Virus record (IMG/VR): IMGVR_UViG_3300026488_000012
Coordinates: 64,001-128,000 of that record
DNA length: 64,000 nucleotides
Direction: 5' to 3' (one strand)
Source of the DNA: a virus
Part shown: positions 37,960 to 48,721 of the stretch, piece after piece
Layout of the letters: every line of letters begins with the position of its first letter
Position numbering within the stretch: position 1 is the first letter of the stretch
The notes under the pieces: model-generated
The model's database searches: none
What the model was told of the DNA's origin: nothing
Seen by the model: only the letters and a program-made list of their open reading frames with translations
Program-made: the position numbers and the translations under genes

Positions 37960-39498
37960 ATGAGATTTTTAGATTTAGACTTAAGAGATGACAGATTCAT
38001 AGGTAAAGATGATATCGACCCAGCTATCGTGGCGTTAGAGATCGGTGCAGGACTTAACGACCTAAATATGGAAATGGTTAAACTTGAAATGTTAGGTAGA
38101 GCTGAAGAAGCACTTGCTGAAAGTATTGATTTAGACGAACAAATCGCAGCACAAGGTGTTGCTAATAAAGCTACAGTAACATACGGTATTGAAAGTTTAG
38201 CTATTACTGCGACATTTCTAGGTGTAGACATTCCTGTAGAAGAAGTAGCTGCAGGTATTGAAGACAATGACCAAGAAGGAGCAGCTTCTACTAAGAAAGG
38301 ATTCCTAGATAAAGTTGTTGAAGGAATTAAAAAAGTAATTAAGAAAATTATAGAGTTCGTTAAAAAACTTGTTGATAAAGTTAAAAGCTTTTTCGAAAGC
38401 AAACAACTAGAAAATGTAGCTAAAAAAGCTGAAGAAACTGCTGAGAAACTAGAAGAGAAAGGTGTTACTGAAGTAAAAGATTGTAACCTTGATGACGAAG
38501 ATGTAGAGAAAGCATTCTTTAAAGTAGTTAAAGAAGTACCTGAATATCTATACGCTGGTGGTAAACTAGAATCTATTCCTGATGTTGAAAAAATGGTTAA
38601 CTGGTATGTTGATAAAGAAGTAGTTAACTTCTATAAAAAACTACACGAAATGATTAAAAACTTCAACCCTAAAGGTGCAATGGGAGATTTATTAAAGGCT
38701 CTTAAAGAAGCAGAGACTGGCTGTAACAACAATACTGAAGAGAAATGTAAAAAGAATTCTGAAGTATCTAAACAATTTAAAGACTTAGTTGCAAAAACAA
38801 TTAAACTTGCTAAAGATTTAGATGTGAAATTCACAGGTATTAACAAATTTGTCGTCGATGAACTTAATGGTAAAGCAGGTAAAAGACTTGCTAAACTTGA
38901 AAAACAAAATGGAATTAAATATAAATCAATTCTAATTCCAGGTAGTACAACTATTACAGCTGATGACAAAAATAGGGACGAAATTAAACTTAGAATACAA
39001 GGAACTTTATACCATATTCCATCTGATATTGACGCTGTTGCTGAAGAATTCGAAAATAAAAAATTCAGTAAAGAAGCAGTTGAGAAATTACTGAAATTAA
39101 TTAAATGGCAAACAGAAGCTATAGATAAAGAATTTACTATCAGCACTGAAAAACTTTACAAAAACGTTAAACCTTTAAGTGTTAAAGAACTAATGGATTA
39201 TAGTAAAGTAACTGAGTTCTATAGAGAGCAGGCTAGTAGTATCGCTACAGACATTAAAAATATATCTGATAAGGTCAAAGCAGAAATAGAAGATATAGAA
39301 GAAAAATTAAATACAGAAATGGGTAAAACAGGTGCAGGTACTAAAGCTGATATTCCGATACTAAGCAATGTAAAAAGTATAGTACAGGCAGTCGGTGACA
39401 AGACTTCTACGTTTACTAAAGATACAGGAAAAGTTACAAAAGCTATATCAGCTTACGCTGAATTACCAAAAGTTTGTTCAAAAATTTCTCTTGATTAA
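37960..39498 (+). CDS. Internal head (inner-body) protein, paralog family member 3
   Basis: 512 aa; MRFLDLD start, YGIE and AGIE sites, KVVEGIKKVIKKIIEF helix. Confidence 0.7.
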   Translation: MRFLDLDLRDDRFIGKDDIDPAIVALEIGAGLNDLNMEMVKLEMLGRAEEALAESIDLDEQIAAQGVANKATVTYGIESLAITATFLGVDIPVEEVAAGIEDNDQEGAASTKKGFLDKVVEGIKKVIKKIIEFVKKLVDKVKSFFESKQLENVAKKAEETAEKLEEKGVTEVKDCNLDDEDVEKAFFKVVKEVPEYLYAGGKLESIPDVEKMVNWYVDKEVVNFYKKLHEMIKNFNPKGAMGDLLKALKEAETGCNNNTEEKCKKNSEVSKQFKDLVAKTIKLAKDLDVKFTGINKFVVDELNGKAGKRLAKLEKQNGIKYKSILIPGSTTITADDKNRDEIKLRIQGTLYHIPSDIDAVAEEFENKKFSKEAVEKLLKLIKWQTEAIDKEFTISTEKLYKNVKPLSVKELMDYSKVTEFYREQASSIATDIKNISDKVKAEIEDIEEKLNTEMGKTGAGTKADIPILSNVKSIVQAVGDKTSTFTKDTGKVTKAISAYAELPKVCSKISLD

Positions 39499-39503
39499 TA
39501 AAC

Positions 39504-39531
39504 TAGATAACGGACTATAGTCCGTTATCTA
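39504..39531 (+). terminator. 28-bp perfect palindrome terminator
   Basis: tagataacggactatagtccgttatcta. Confidence 0.7.
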
Positions 39532-39569
39532 TTATCTTTTTTCATTGAGAAAACATTCAAGGAGTTTAT

Positions 39570-40106
39570 ATGTTAAATATGTTAAAAAAAACTAATAACG
39601 CGATTACGCCGAAAGTAATTAATTTACCTTTATTTTTTAAATTTAAAGACAAATACGAGAATCCTTTTATAAGTAATTTTTATTACGATATGACAGATAG
39701 TATTGTAATGGGATTAGCAAAGACGTTAGAGTTAATAATAAATGATGAAGAGCTTAATGGATATATTTTTAAAAATAAACCGTTTATAACTAATAATGCT
39801 TTAAGTAAATTAGTCGACACAGTATACACTAATACTACGGATGTATTTGCTAATGATTATAATTTACAAACAGAATTCAAAAATGTATTAAAAGATTTGT
39901 CTAAGGTATTTGAAAACAATATAACCAGTAAAGACCACTGGGAAGTGTATATACTAAAGGTAATTAACCTCTATAATCAGTCTACATTAAAACTCTTTGA
40001 TAAGTGTAGAAGTCTTAACGATGATTATAAACACTACAACGATGTTCTAGTGTATCTATTAGGACAGCTTACAAATAGAGAAATAATAGAGAGTGTAGTA
40101 GGATAG
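39570..40106 (+). CDS. Hypothetical protein
   Basis: 178 aa, AAGGAG RBS. Confidence 0.8.
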   Translation: MLNMLKKTNNAITPKVINLPLFFKFKDKYENPFISNFYYDMTDSIVMGLAKTLELIINDEELNGYIFKNKPFITNNALSKLVDTVYTNTTDVFANDYNLQTEFKNVLKDLSKVFENNITSKDHWEVYILKVINLYNQSTLKLFDKCRSLNDDYKHYNDVLVYLLGQLTNREIIESVVG

Positions 40107-40161
40107 TCCTACTACACTTATATGCTTTTGTTTTTGATGAAAACACTATTAGGAGTTATCT

Positions 40162-41916
40162 ATGATTATAGCTAGAGTACCTTTGAACAATTTAGAATAT
40201 ACTATATATAAACCACTTATAACATCGGTTGTTAAGTCTTTTTCTATAAAATACTTAAAAGACCCTGATCCTTATTTAACATTTACAGCTGATGCCGATG
40301 TTTTCGGTTCAGGTATGTATGATACCGATTACTCCACGCAATACCAGAAAAGATTTATAGACGTAACATATGAGGTCAGACATGATGATGAAGGCAGTAT
40401 CGTTAATAGTATTAGATTTAACGACGGTTTAGTTTTATTCGACGATAAAGATTTGAAATACTTTAAAATCTTTGGAGAACCTATATCACATACTTTTAAT
40501 TTAACACTTAAGATAAGAAGTAGATTTAAAAATGAACTTAAGCAATTACTTAACCATTTTCAGATGGGTCAGATAGATGATGTTAACTATTTAGTAACAG
40601 ATGCAGATGTATTTTTCTCCATACCTAATAACCTATTAGACTTAGTTAGAAATATCTGCTATTTAAAGTATAACGACGAAGAACTATGGTTCAAATATTT
40701 TACTAAGTTTTCTACTATAGAACTTGATTTCTTAAATAGTAAATCAGGGAAGAAACAACTGCCTATATATCGTATAAAATATAAGGATTTAGCTATCCCA
40801 TTTTCAGCAGAGTTCTTAGATAAAGAAATAGAAAGAGAAGATGGATGGTTTTCTATAGAGATAGGTCTAAGGTTTAATTTAGACATAATAACATCTTTAA
40901 AAGTTCAATATCCTATACTAGTAGCTAACAGACCTATAGAAAAGAGGTTTATAATAATACCAGATAGACTTATAGAGTCAGTAGCATTACCTATAGAAAG
41001 GTCTCTTTACAACGATAAACTTATAAACACTTATTTGGAAAGAGTTAATAACCTCGTTTATAAAAAGATGCGAGAGTTAATGAACACTATAGATGTTGAT
41101 AAGTACATTAAAATATTTAAAGACATAGAAGACGATTATGATATCTTATTCGATTATAAAAAGAAGATAGAAGAATTACATAGCTTAGATAAGAATGTCA
41201 CTAATTATAACAAACTAAAAGAATTAATATTGGAAGCTATACATAAAGATATTAGTAAATACCTAGATACGTTCTATAGATTAAAGAACAATTTAAAAAG
41301 GGTATATCCTATCTATGATATTTGGAGAAACTATCTTACTTATAACGGGTATGAAGTTATTAACGTTTTATTATTACGTATTAGTCCTCGTTCTATGGTT
41401 TACCTTAATCTATACGAGTTATTAAACTTAGGATATAGTAAGGATGTTATTGACTACATCATCGACAATCATAGCTCAGAGATATTTAAATTAAAGGGGT
41501 CGGTATTTCATATGGAAATCTATATAGACGATTTACCATATAAGTATCTAGAAATAGTTAAGGAAGATACATATATAGAAGATTTAGATTTAGAGCTTAA
41601 GAGAGGAGATTTGATAGATAAAAGGATATTAGATCATAATCTAAATAACGAGGATCGTGTATATATAGACTTAAGACCAGTTTATCATTTGGTTATACGT
41701 ATCGCTAATGATTTTAGAAATATTAACTATAAAGTCAATACTGAGTATTTTAGTGTCTTAGGTCAGTTCTTTGCTATTAGAGACATAGAGAACTATTATC
41801 TTATGTCAGATAGGTCTATAATGAAAACAATCAACGCTTTAACTATAACGGCATTATCCGCTAGAGAAATGAGTCCTTTACTGTTAGAAGCTGTAAAAGA
41901 TATGAATAAGGAGTAA
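40162..41916 (+). CDS. Virion structural protein (phiKZ gp98-like)
   Basis: 584 aa; VQYPILVANRPI motif, position in structural block. Confidence 0.6.
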   Translation: MIIARVPLNNLEYTIYKPLITSVVKSFSIKYLKDPDPYLTFTADADVFGSGMYDTDYSTQYQKRFIDVTYEVRHDDEGSIVNSIRFNDGLVLFDDKDLKYFKIFGEPISHTFNLTLKIRSRFKNELKQLLNHFQMGQIDDVNYLVTDADVFFSIPNNLLDLVRNICYLKYNDEELWFKYFTKFSTIELDFLNSKSGKKQLPIYRIKYKDLAIPFSAEFLDKEIEREDGWFSIEIGLRFNLDIITSLKVQYPILVANRPIEKRFIIIPDRLIESVALPIERSLYNDKLINTYLERVNNLVYKKMRELMNTIDVDKYIKIFKDIEDDYDILFDYKKKIEELHSLDKNVTNYNKLKELILEAIHKDISKYLDTFYRLKNNLKRVYPIYDIWRNYLTYNGYEVINVLLLRISPRSMVYLNLYELLNLGYSKDVIDYIIDNHSSEIFKLKGSVFHMEIYIDDLPYKYLEIVKEDTYIEDLDLELKRGDLIDKRILDHNLNNEDRVYIDLRPVYHLVIRIANDFRNINYKVNTEYFSVLGQFFAIRDIENYYLMSDRSIMKTINALTITALSAREMSPLLLEAVKDMNKE

Positions 41917-41919
41917 TAA

Positions 41920-43176
41920 ATGGGATTGTTTAATGATGGAATCGATTATGAAAGTTATACAAGGTCAGTTATAAATGAAAACGATAAACAAATAGACACT
42001 GGTATAGCCATAGCGGATAAAACTAACTATAACTATATATTCGAATCTCAAACACCTATAGATTCGGTTATAAATCAGTTACCTGGTTATGTTATTAAAG
42101 TAACATATTTTAACAAATCACAAGGTAATGCTGAGGTCTACGAATATCCAGATTTTACACTTGATGACTTAATAGTTGAATATACAAAAATAGACAATAT
42201 GTCTTTATACTTAGAGTCTCCTATAGAAGCTACTGAGTTAAACAATTACGAGGGTACTGGTTATATAAAATCTCGTATAGAACCTCAACCAGGGGATTTC
42301 TTTTTAGCTAAGTTATACGACGGTAGATTAGGTTTATTTGTAGTTACTACTACAGACGCTATAACTTATAACTTTAGTAGGATATTTAAAATAACATTTA
42401 AGTTTTATTTATTCCCTTCTGATAAGGATTTAAATAAAATAGAAAAGAACACAGCATTAGAGTTAATAGCTGATGATAAATTAAACAGCTCTAGAGAAGA
42501 AATACTCTATGAGAAGTCCAGATATATAACGATTAGAGAAGTTATAAAAAGAGAGAATGAACTATTAGAAATATGGAAAAGAAGATTTATAACATCGTAT
42601 AATAACTATAATATAGGTTTCAGAGATGAGAACGGTTTCTTGGTAGTAGACCCGTATTTTGAAAAATACGTCGTATCTTTGATAGGATTAACTAACATTA
42701 AAGACGTAACTTTAACTAATTTAAATATGGAAGAACGTTCTATATTTGATGTTATCTTAGATAGAGATAAGATTGCATATGGTCTAATGAAACACTACAC
42801 CATAGAACCTGCTATAGATACGTTCTTCACACCCTTCTTGAAATCCTATGCTTATAATCAAATGGATAAGATAGTTAGATTAACTAAAGATGAGAATGAA
42901 CCATATTACGTATTTTCTAAAACACTATATGATAATTTAATACCAGAGGATAATGATGAAGAAGTGGTATTTGATTCTCCTATAGAATTAGGAGTTTATA
43001 GCGTTATTAACGATATTAACATCGATTTGAATATCCTAGATGAAATCTTAGATGAAATAAATGAATTAATAAAATCTGATAATGAACGACATATGTATTA
43101 CAAGATCCCTGTGGTTATTAATATTTTAAGATTTTACAAATTTAAGAATAACTATACTAACCATTTTCTATTTTAG
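41920..43176 (+). CDS. Virion structural protein, probable head-tail connector (phiKZ gp99-like)
   Basis: 418 aa; EPQPGDFFLAKLYDGRLGLFVV motif, DPYFEKY. Confidence 0.65.
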   Translation: MGLFNDGIDYESYTRSVINENDKQIDTGIAIADKTNYNYIFESQTPIDSVINQLPGYVIKVTYFNKSQGNAEVYEYPDFTLDDLIVEYTKIDNMSLYLESPIEATELNNYEGTGYIKSRIEPQPGDFFLAKLYDGRLGLFVVTTTDAITYNFSRIFKITFKFYLFPSDKDLNKIEKNTALELIADDKLNSSREEILYEKSRYITIREVIKRENELLEIWKRRFITSYNNYNIGFRDENGFLVVDPYFEKYVVSLIGLTNIKDVTLTNLNMEERSIFDVILDRDKIAYGLMKHYTIEPAIDTFFTPFLKSYAYNQMDKIVRLTKDENEPYYVFSKTLYDNLIPEDNDEEVVFDSPIELGVYSVINDINIDLNILDEILDEINELIKSDNERHMYYKIPVVINILRFYKFKNNYTNHFLF

Positions 43177-43185
43177 GAGTTAAAA

Positions 43186-43785
43186 ATGTTACCAAGAAAT
43201 CATCCATTGTTTAATAGTAGAGCTACTATTATGGAGATACTTACTAAAAATAAATACTTTGTGAAAGTTCCACGTATTTATTTATATTCTCCAGAAGAGT
43301 TAAAATACTTTGGTATGCATACCACTGAAATTAATGGTCGATTTGATAAAAAATCGAGTTTAGAACTAACAGACAGTTATAAGTCCCTATTAGAGATAGC
43401 GGATATAATCAACGACGGTATGCCTGTGCTTGTAAAAGAACCTGTTAAGTATATACCTAATATATACGAAAAGTTAACAGAAGTTATAGATATATTAAAA
43501 AACACGCCATTCCCTAATGAAGAAGAGAGAGAAGAACTTCTATTTAAACTGGAGATAGCGTTAGAAAAAATAGTTAAAGAGAACGGTGAGTATATAGGGA
43601 AGATTATTAACGATAATGATAGGTATACTAATTATACTAAACAAAGATTCGGTAAATTTATGACACCTAGAAGTATAGAGCATAAAGTTAAAATTGATAA
43701 TAATAATACACCTACTGACACTAATAAAGGACTAAATAGAAGATATGGTATGTATAAATTAAATCTCGATGATATAGAGGGTTAA
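43186..43785 (+). CDS. Conserved hypothetical protein (phiKZ gp100-like)
   Basis: 199 aa; SPEELKYFGMHTT motif, synteny. Confidence 0.6.
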   Translation: MLPRNHPLFNSRATIMEILTKNKYFVKVPRIYLYSPEELKYFGMHTTEINGRFDKKSSLELTDSYKSLLEIADIINDGMPVLVKEPVKYIPNIYEKLTEVIDILKNTPFPNEEEREELLFKLEIALEKIVKENGEYIGKIINDNDRYTNYTKQRFGKFMTPRSIEHKVKIDNNNTPTDTNKGLNRRYGMYKLNLDDIEG

Positions 43786-43796
43786 CCCTCTATATC
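43771..43796 (+). terminator. 26-bp perfect palindrome terminator
   Basis: gatatagagggttaaccctctatatc then T-run. Confidence 0.75.
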
Positions 43797-43845
43797 TTTT
43801 TTATATTTTGGTTTCCTATGAACTAATAGAGATAAAGGAGTATTT

Positions 43846-45258
43846 ATGAGTATTATTAACGTACCGTTGGAAAAACATATACAACAGGTTATATCTAGTT
43901 CTTGGAAATTAGAATTTCCTACATTTTATCTATATTTACATACAGAAGAACATGACTTAGTTATAAAACAGATAAAATTCATCGACGTGGTAAGAGATTT
44001 TTATAACAATTTTACAGATGTTATTACGGTTGAGTTTATACTTCCTAAAGGAGACTATAATAAATTTATTCTTCCTAATAAGGATAGGTTAGAATTTACG
44101 TTATGCGTAAAAAGAGAAGATAACATATTTAAAGATAAACTAAGATGTAGAAAATATAAAGGAGTTGTTTTAGACGCAGGTAGCGAACAAAAAGAAACAA
44201 TAGCAAGTTTACATAACATAGCAGATAGTGAAATGCTTAATAAATCCGATTTTGTATACGTTAAAGCACAGTTAGTGATAGGAGAGTTATTGTTCTTTAA
44301 ACAGACTGAAGTCTACGGGACTTATAGAGATACACCTGTTGGTATATTAGGTAAACTTATAGCTAATGAAGTATCTAAAGCCTTAAGTAAGAAAATGTAC
44401 TTATACATAGCTCCTGGTAATAATGATGTACATAGGATAGTCATATCACCGGTTGTTAAATTACACGAGTTACCAGCTTATCTACAAGAGAATTATGGAC
44501 TGTTCTCGGGATTACCTAACATATATTTTAGTAAAACATCTGAAAAACATACAAACTGTCCCGATTGCCCAGTTGTATATGTATATCCTAAAGCTTATAG
44601 TTTAGAAGGTCCTAGATTACGTATCTATAACTCGGCTAGAAGCATTATGGATTACAACGATATGAGTTTTAAAAAGGTAAAAGGAGGCGATGTTGAGGTA
44701 GTAGCGTCTAAGGTAGATGTATCTAAGACAGGATTTGAACATTTACTACAAGAAGAGGTTGGATACTACGGTATAGATGTTTCGGATGTTTTTAAAGATT
44801 ATGTCGAAGATAATGGTTCTTTAAACACCAAAAACTGTTCAGATAAGTTTAAACAAAATATAGACGATTTACTAAAGATAAAAATGTTAACTTTAGATAA
44901 CGATGTATTAGGAGCTAAAACTAAGAAATATGTAGGATATACGTCTAACGAATACGCCATGGCTCAAATGCTTAATAGTAAAAAAACAACCAAAATGAGT
45001 ATAAGTATTAAAAACTTTGATGGATTATGGGATAGAGGTGCTTTAGAAGAAGTTGTTTATCCAGGTATGGGTATAACTTATCTTTATTCGGTATCTGATA
45101 CCATTAACGGTAATAAGGTCTATAAAATAAAAGCTCTACAGGGTGGAATTGATCAAATGCATATATCCTACGATGTTTTAAATAGAGAACTTACCAGTGC
45201 ATTAGTTTTAGATGTTTTAAATCCTGTGGTCGTACAGAAAGAGAAGAGGAACAAATAA
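43846..45258 (+). CDS. Virion structural protein, probable baseplate hub (phiKZ gp101-like)
   Basis: 470 aa; LPAYLQENYGLFSGLPNIY...VYVYP motif, synteny. Confidence 0.6.
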   Translation: MSIINVPLEKHIQQVISSSWKLEFPTFYLYLHTEEHDLVIKQIKFIDVVRDFYNNFTDVITVEFILPKGDYNKFILPNKDRLEFTLCVKREDNIFKDKLRCRKYKGVVLDAGSEQKETIASLHNIADSEMLNKSDFVYVKAQLVIGELLFFKQTEVYGTYRDTPVGILGKLIANEVSKALSKKMYLYIAPGNNDVHRIVISPVVKLHELPAYLQENYGLFSGLPNIYFSKTSEKHTNCPDCPVVYVYPKAYSLEGPRLRIYNSARSIMDYNDMSFKKVKGGDVEVVASKVDVSKTGFEHLLQEEVGYYGIDVSDVFKDYVEDNGSLNTKNCSDKFKQNIDDLLKIKMLTLDNDVLGAKTKKYVGYTSNEYAMAQMLNSKKTTKMSISIKNFDGLWDRGALEEVVYPGMGITYLYSVSDTINGNKVYKIKALQGGIDQMHISYDVLNRELTSALVLDVLNPVVVQKEKRNK

Positions 45259-45272
45259 TAAAAGGACAGAAG

Positions 45273-45620
45273 ATGGAACTGAGGAAGAACGATAAAAATG
45301 AATATGTTATTATTTTAGATAAGAAAGATATTGATGTAGTTATAGATATATTTAAATCCATAACTCCTAACTATGATAGGTATTTACCACTGCAGAATGA
45401 TGATTTATGGTCTAGATTATTATTAAGATATACTGTAGATAGAGTCTTAGACAAGTTAGAGCTCAATAAGAATATTCCTATCCTACTTACTATAATAAAT
45501 GGTAACAGCAAGTTTATAGTCTCTATTACAGACGTAGAACAAAACTATGATGAGAACAACATGGTAAGAGGAATAATGTATGGAGAGATAATTAATACAA
45601 AAATAGTTAAAGAAGTATGA
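45273..45620 (+). CDS. Hypothetical protein
   Basis: 115 aa, AAGGA RBS. Confidence 0.75.
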   Translation: MELRKNDKNEYVIILDKKDIDVVIDIFKSITPNYDRYLPLQNDDLWSRLLLRYTVDRVLDKLELNKNIPILLTIINGNSKFIVSITDVEQNYDENNMVRGIMYGEIINTKIVKEV

Positions 45621-45641
45621 GGAGTAATTACTCCTCATACT
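45614..45641. terminator. Bidirectional terminator, 28-bp perfect palindrome
   Basis: agtatgaggagtaattactcctcatact spans both convergent stops. Confidence 0.75.
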
Positions 45642-46215
45642 CTAATAAATCATAATCGTCATCTTTGTCTTGTTGTTCTACTTCCTTACTCTCTTCAAGC
45701 AAGCTACCATATCTCTCTTTTATCATATTGTAAAACTCTATTACGTTTTTTATATCTCTTGGATTAACTTTAACAATCTTACTTATAGCTTCTAGTACAG
45801 GTTCTAATTCCTTTTCAGCAAGTACTCTGTTATTCTCTACTGTTAGGTTATAGTTGTTAACTATTGTTGCATAACTTATCTCTTCTAGTGGAGTGTTAAC
45901 GTTATCATAATCTCCTAATAACGGAGGTACTGTAAATAACTTTTCATTAGTCTTATCATCTACTACTATAAATGGTCTTTTAGGATCGCCTGCGATATTG
46001 TAAAAGTTTATAAAGAACCTTCTATTATTCTCCTCGTTATGTTCAACTTTACCTAATAAGTATGGTAGGATATATTCTACAAACACAGATTCACTAACTC
46101 TGTTTAAGTCTTCATCACTTTCTACTTCTACGAATTTCTTTATTTCTTCAGCAGATGAAGCTATCGCTTCCTCTAAAAGATGTAAATATTTCTTGTTGAT
46201 TTCAGGTTTCATCAT
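45628..46215 (-). CDS. Conserved phiKZ-like hypothetical protein
   Basis: 195 aa; ESVFVEYILPYL, IAGDPKRPFIVVDD...LFTVPPL motifs. Confidence 0.7.
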   Translation of the reverse strand: MMKPEINKKYLHLLEEAIASSAEEIKKFVEVESDEDLNRVSESVFVEYILPYLLGKVEHNEENNRRFFINFYNIAGDPKRPFIVVDDKTNEKLFTVPPLLGDYDNVNTPLEEISYATIVNNYNLTVENNRVLAEKELEPVLEAISKIVKVNPRDIKNVIEFYNMIKERYGSLLEESKEVEQQDKDDDYDLLEYEE

Positions 46216-46243
46216 TTAGTCCTTTACTTTGGTTGTAATGTAG

Positions 46244-46639
46244 TCATCTTAGTAAATATCTGTCAATATTTATATTATCATTAGCACTGATCTCTATTAT
46301 CTCAGATAGATAATAAGTCTTATTATTCTCGTATGTAGCAGCTACTTCTATACCTATTGTTCTTGGTTTGTTATCGTTTTCTTTTATGTTTACACTAACA
46401 TTTACTTCTTTAAAATATAGAAGATAATAATCTGTAAGAGCTTCTTTTATTCTAGATACTAACTCACTATCATCGTTTTTGTAATTCTGATATATCCATT
46501 TAAACGATTTTATTTTACCGTAGAATGTTACCGATTGAGAATAGTCTGATGTTACGAAATATAGAAATATCTTTTCCATTAGAATAACTGGATCTTTTGT
46601 TAAACCAAATATAGTCATAGTTGGTAATAGATTTTTCAT
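46244..46639 (-). CDS. Conserved phiKZ-like protein (possible gp25-like baseplate wedge)
   Basis: LPTM...LYFVTSDYSQS motif; ATG 46639 has AGGA at proper spacing. Confidence 0.6.
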   Translation of the reverse strand: MKNLLPTMTIFGLTKDPVILMEKIFLYFVTSDYSQSVTFYGKIKSFKWIYQNYKNDDSELVSRIKEALTDYYLLYFKEVNVSVNIKENDNKPRTIGIEVAATYENNKTYYLSEIIEISANDNINIDRYLLR

Positions 46640-46663
46640 TTTCAAATCCTTTAGGAGGTATTT

Positions 46664-47782
46664 ATGTTTAGATTTTTAGTTTTATCGGATATACATTTAG
46701 GTCATAACAAAACCCCTACAGAGTTCATAACTCATAACTTAAGAATATGGTTTAAAGATTACGAACATTTGTTTAATATAAATAACTTAGACGCTATATT
46801 TATATCAGGAGATGTTTTTGATAGGTTATTGTCTCCTAATAGTATAGAAAGTATGGAAGCGTATACGTGGTTATCAGAGTTAGCTAAGTACTGTAGTGAA
46901 AACAATATAAAGCTTAGAATACTAGAAGGTACACCAAGCCATGATTGGAAACAGACTAAATTACTGTATAAGATTATTGGAAATTTACATCTCGATATAG
47001 ATTTTAAATACTACGAAGATGTCGATATTGAAGTAATAAGAACTGATAATGCTGAAGTTTCTGTTCTATATATACCGGACGAGATAAGAGAAACTAGTGA
47101 GGAAACATATGAGCTAGTTAAATCAACACTCAAGAAGCACAATATGGAGAAAGTGGACATAGTAATAATGCATGGAGCTTTTAATTATCAATTACCTGTT
47201 AAAGGATTAGATTTCTTACATAATGAAGATGATTATCTATCCATAACTAATGATTTAGTAATTGTAGGACACATTCATAACCAGTCTATTTTTAAAAACA
47301 ATAAGTATAAATCGTTTATACTATGTCCTGGTAGTTTTGATAGGTTAACATTCGCAGACGAAGATATCAAGAAGGGTGGTTGGTTAGTTGAAATAAATGA
47401 AGACGGTGTGAATACTATGTTTTTGGAAAACAGATTAGCTATTAATTTTAAAACAATAGATATTTCAGATAAGAATATAAACTCTTATAAGAAAATAATA
47501 GAATCCATACCAAAGTATTCTAATATCAGACTTATAGTTAACGAAGAGAACAACGTTAATGAACTTGTTAAATACGTAAAATCCGTTAGACCAGATATAA
47601 ACATAGTAGTTAAGGTAAATAAAACAAAAAACAATAATGAGAATAAAGTAGAGAATGTGTCACATACCTTTAAGATAACAGAAGATAATATAAGGGAATT
47701 GATTTATGAAGAATTAAAAAATGATAATTACGATAAAGAACTGCTTAATGAAGAGTTAGACTTGATATTAAGCTCCTTATAA
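46664..47782 (+). CDS. SbcD/Mre11-family metallophosphoesterase nuclease (phiKZ gp65-like)
   Basis: SDIHLG, GDVFD, EGTPSHD, MHG, GHIH motifs. Confidence 0.9.
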   Translation: MFRFLVLSDIHLGHNKTPTEFITHNLRIWFKDYEHLFNINNLDAIFISGDVFDRLLSPNSIESMEAYTWLSELAKYCSENNIKLRILEGTPSHDWKQTKLLYKIIGNLHLDIDFKYYEDVDIEVIRTDNAEVSVLYIPDEIRETSEETYELVKSTLKKHNMEKVDIVIMHGAFNYQLPVKGLDFLHNEDDYLSITNDLVIVGHIHNQSIFKNNKYKSFILCPGSFDRLTFADEDIKKGGWLVEINEDGVNTMFLENRLAINFKTIDISDKNINSYKKIIESIPKYSNIRLIVNEENNVNELVKYVKSVRPDINIVVKVNKTKNNNENKVENVSHTFKITEDNIRELIYEELKNDNYDKELLNEELDLILSSL

Positions 47783-47825
47783 TAATATTTAATTAATTTG
47801 TATATAGAGTAACAAGGAGTAAATA

Positions 47826-48674
47826 ATGGATGTTACAGTATGGACAGGAGATATACTTCCTATAAATTACCCTACCGAAGCTGTTATTTTATCTTACGAG
47901 AAAAGACGAGGTGATTATGATTATTTACTTATTAATTTCACTACTTTAGTAAGAAATTTTATTACTGCGTTAAATCCGGTAGAGGATATATCTGAAAAGA
48001 GTAAATGGAAGAAAGAAATATTAACAGGAAATAGGTATAAAGATAAAATAAAAAATCTGTTTATAAAAGATTTAGAGATATTCCTAAATATCCTAAACGA
48101 TAAACATCTGAAGGTTAAATTTTATTATAGAAAAGATATCGACCATAAGAAGATAAAGAAATGCTATAACAATTATAAGTTGTTGGAGGAATTAAATTTC
48201 AATAACCAGATATCTGAAGAATATGCTAAATCCTTTGTAAGATATGTAACCGACGAAGCTGTTGTAAAGATAGAACCATTACCACAACCCGATCCTTCGG
48301 TTAATTATCTTATACTAACACATAATTCCATAGATTTGATAAGATTTCAGTATAAGAAATATGTGAATCTAATCGAATCTTTTACAGGAGACATAAAACC
48401 TTACACTTTATGGTATACTAAATTATCTAAATTCGGAGACCATGATTTATCTATTATACCATTTAACTATATCACTCTAGCTATATTTGGTTGTAATAAC
48501 TATGTAAAACCAGGTAAGATTAAACTTAAGAAACATATATATGGGATAGCTAAAAAGATGAAGTGGACAAGTTCTACTACCTTAAGTAAAGTAAAACTTG
48601 ATTTAGAAATAAAGGATCCTATGCTTTATAAACTACTCAATGAACAGATAGGTAAATGTTACAAGAATATTTAA
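47826..48674 (+). CDS. Conserved phiKZ-like core protein (gp66-like)
   Basis: 282 aa; INFTTLVRN, LTHNSIDL, LIESFTG..WYTKL motifs; synteny. Confidence 0.65.
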   Translation: MDVTVWTGDILPINYPTEAVILSYEKRRGDYDYLLINFTTLVRNFITALNPVEDISEKSKWKKEILTGNRYKDKIKNLFIKDLEIFLNILNDKHLKVKFYYRKDIDHKKIKKCYNNYKLLEELNFNNQISEEYAKSFVRYVTDEAVVKIEPLPQPDPSVNYLILTHNSIDLIRFQYKKYVNLIESFTGDIKPYTLWYTKLSKFGDHDLSIIPFNYITLAIFGCNNYVKPGKIKLKKHIYGIAKKMKWTSSTTLSKVKLDLEIKDPMLYKLLNEQIGKCYKNI

Positions 48675-48721
48675 AGAATTCTATTTGAGCTGAATTTAAT
48701 AAAAACAAAAAGGAGTTATTT

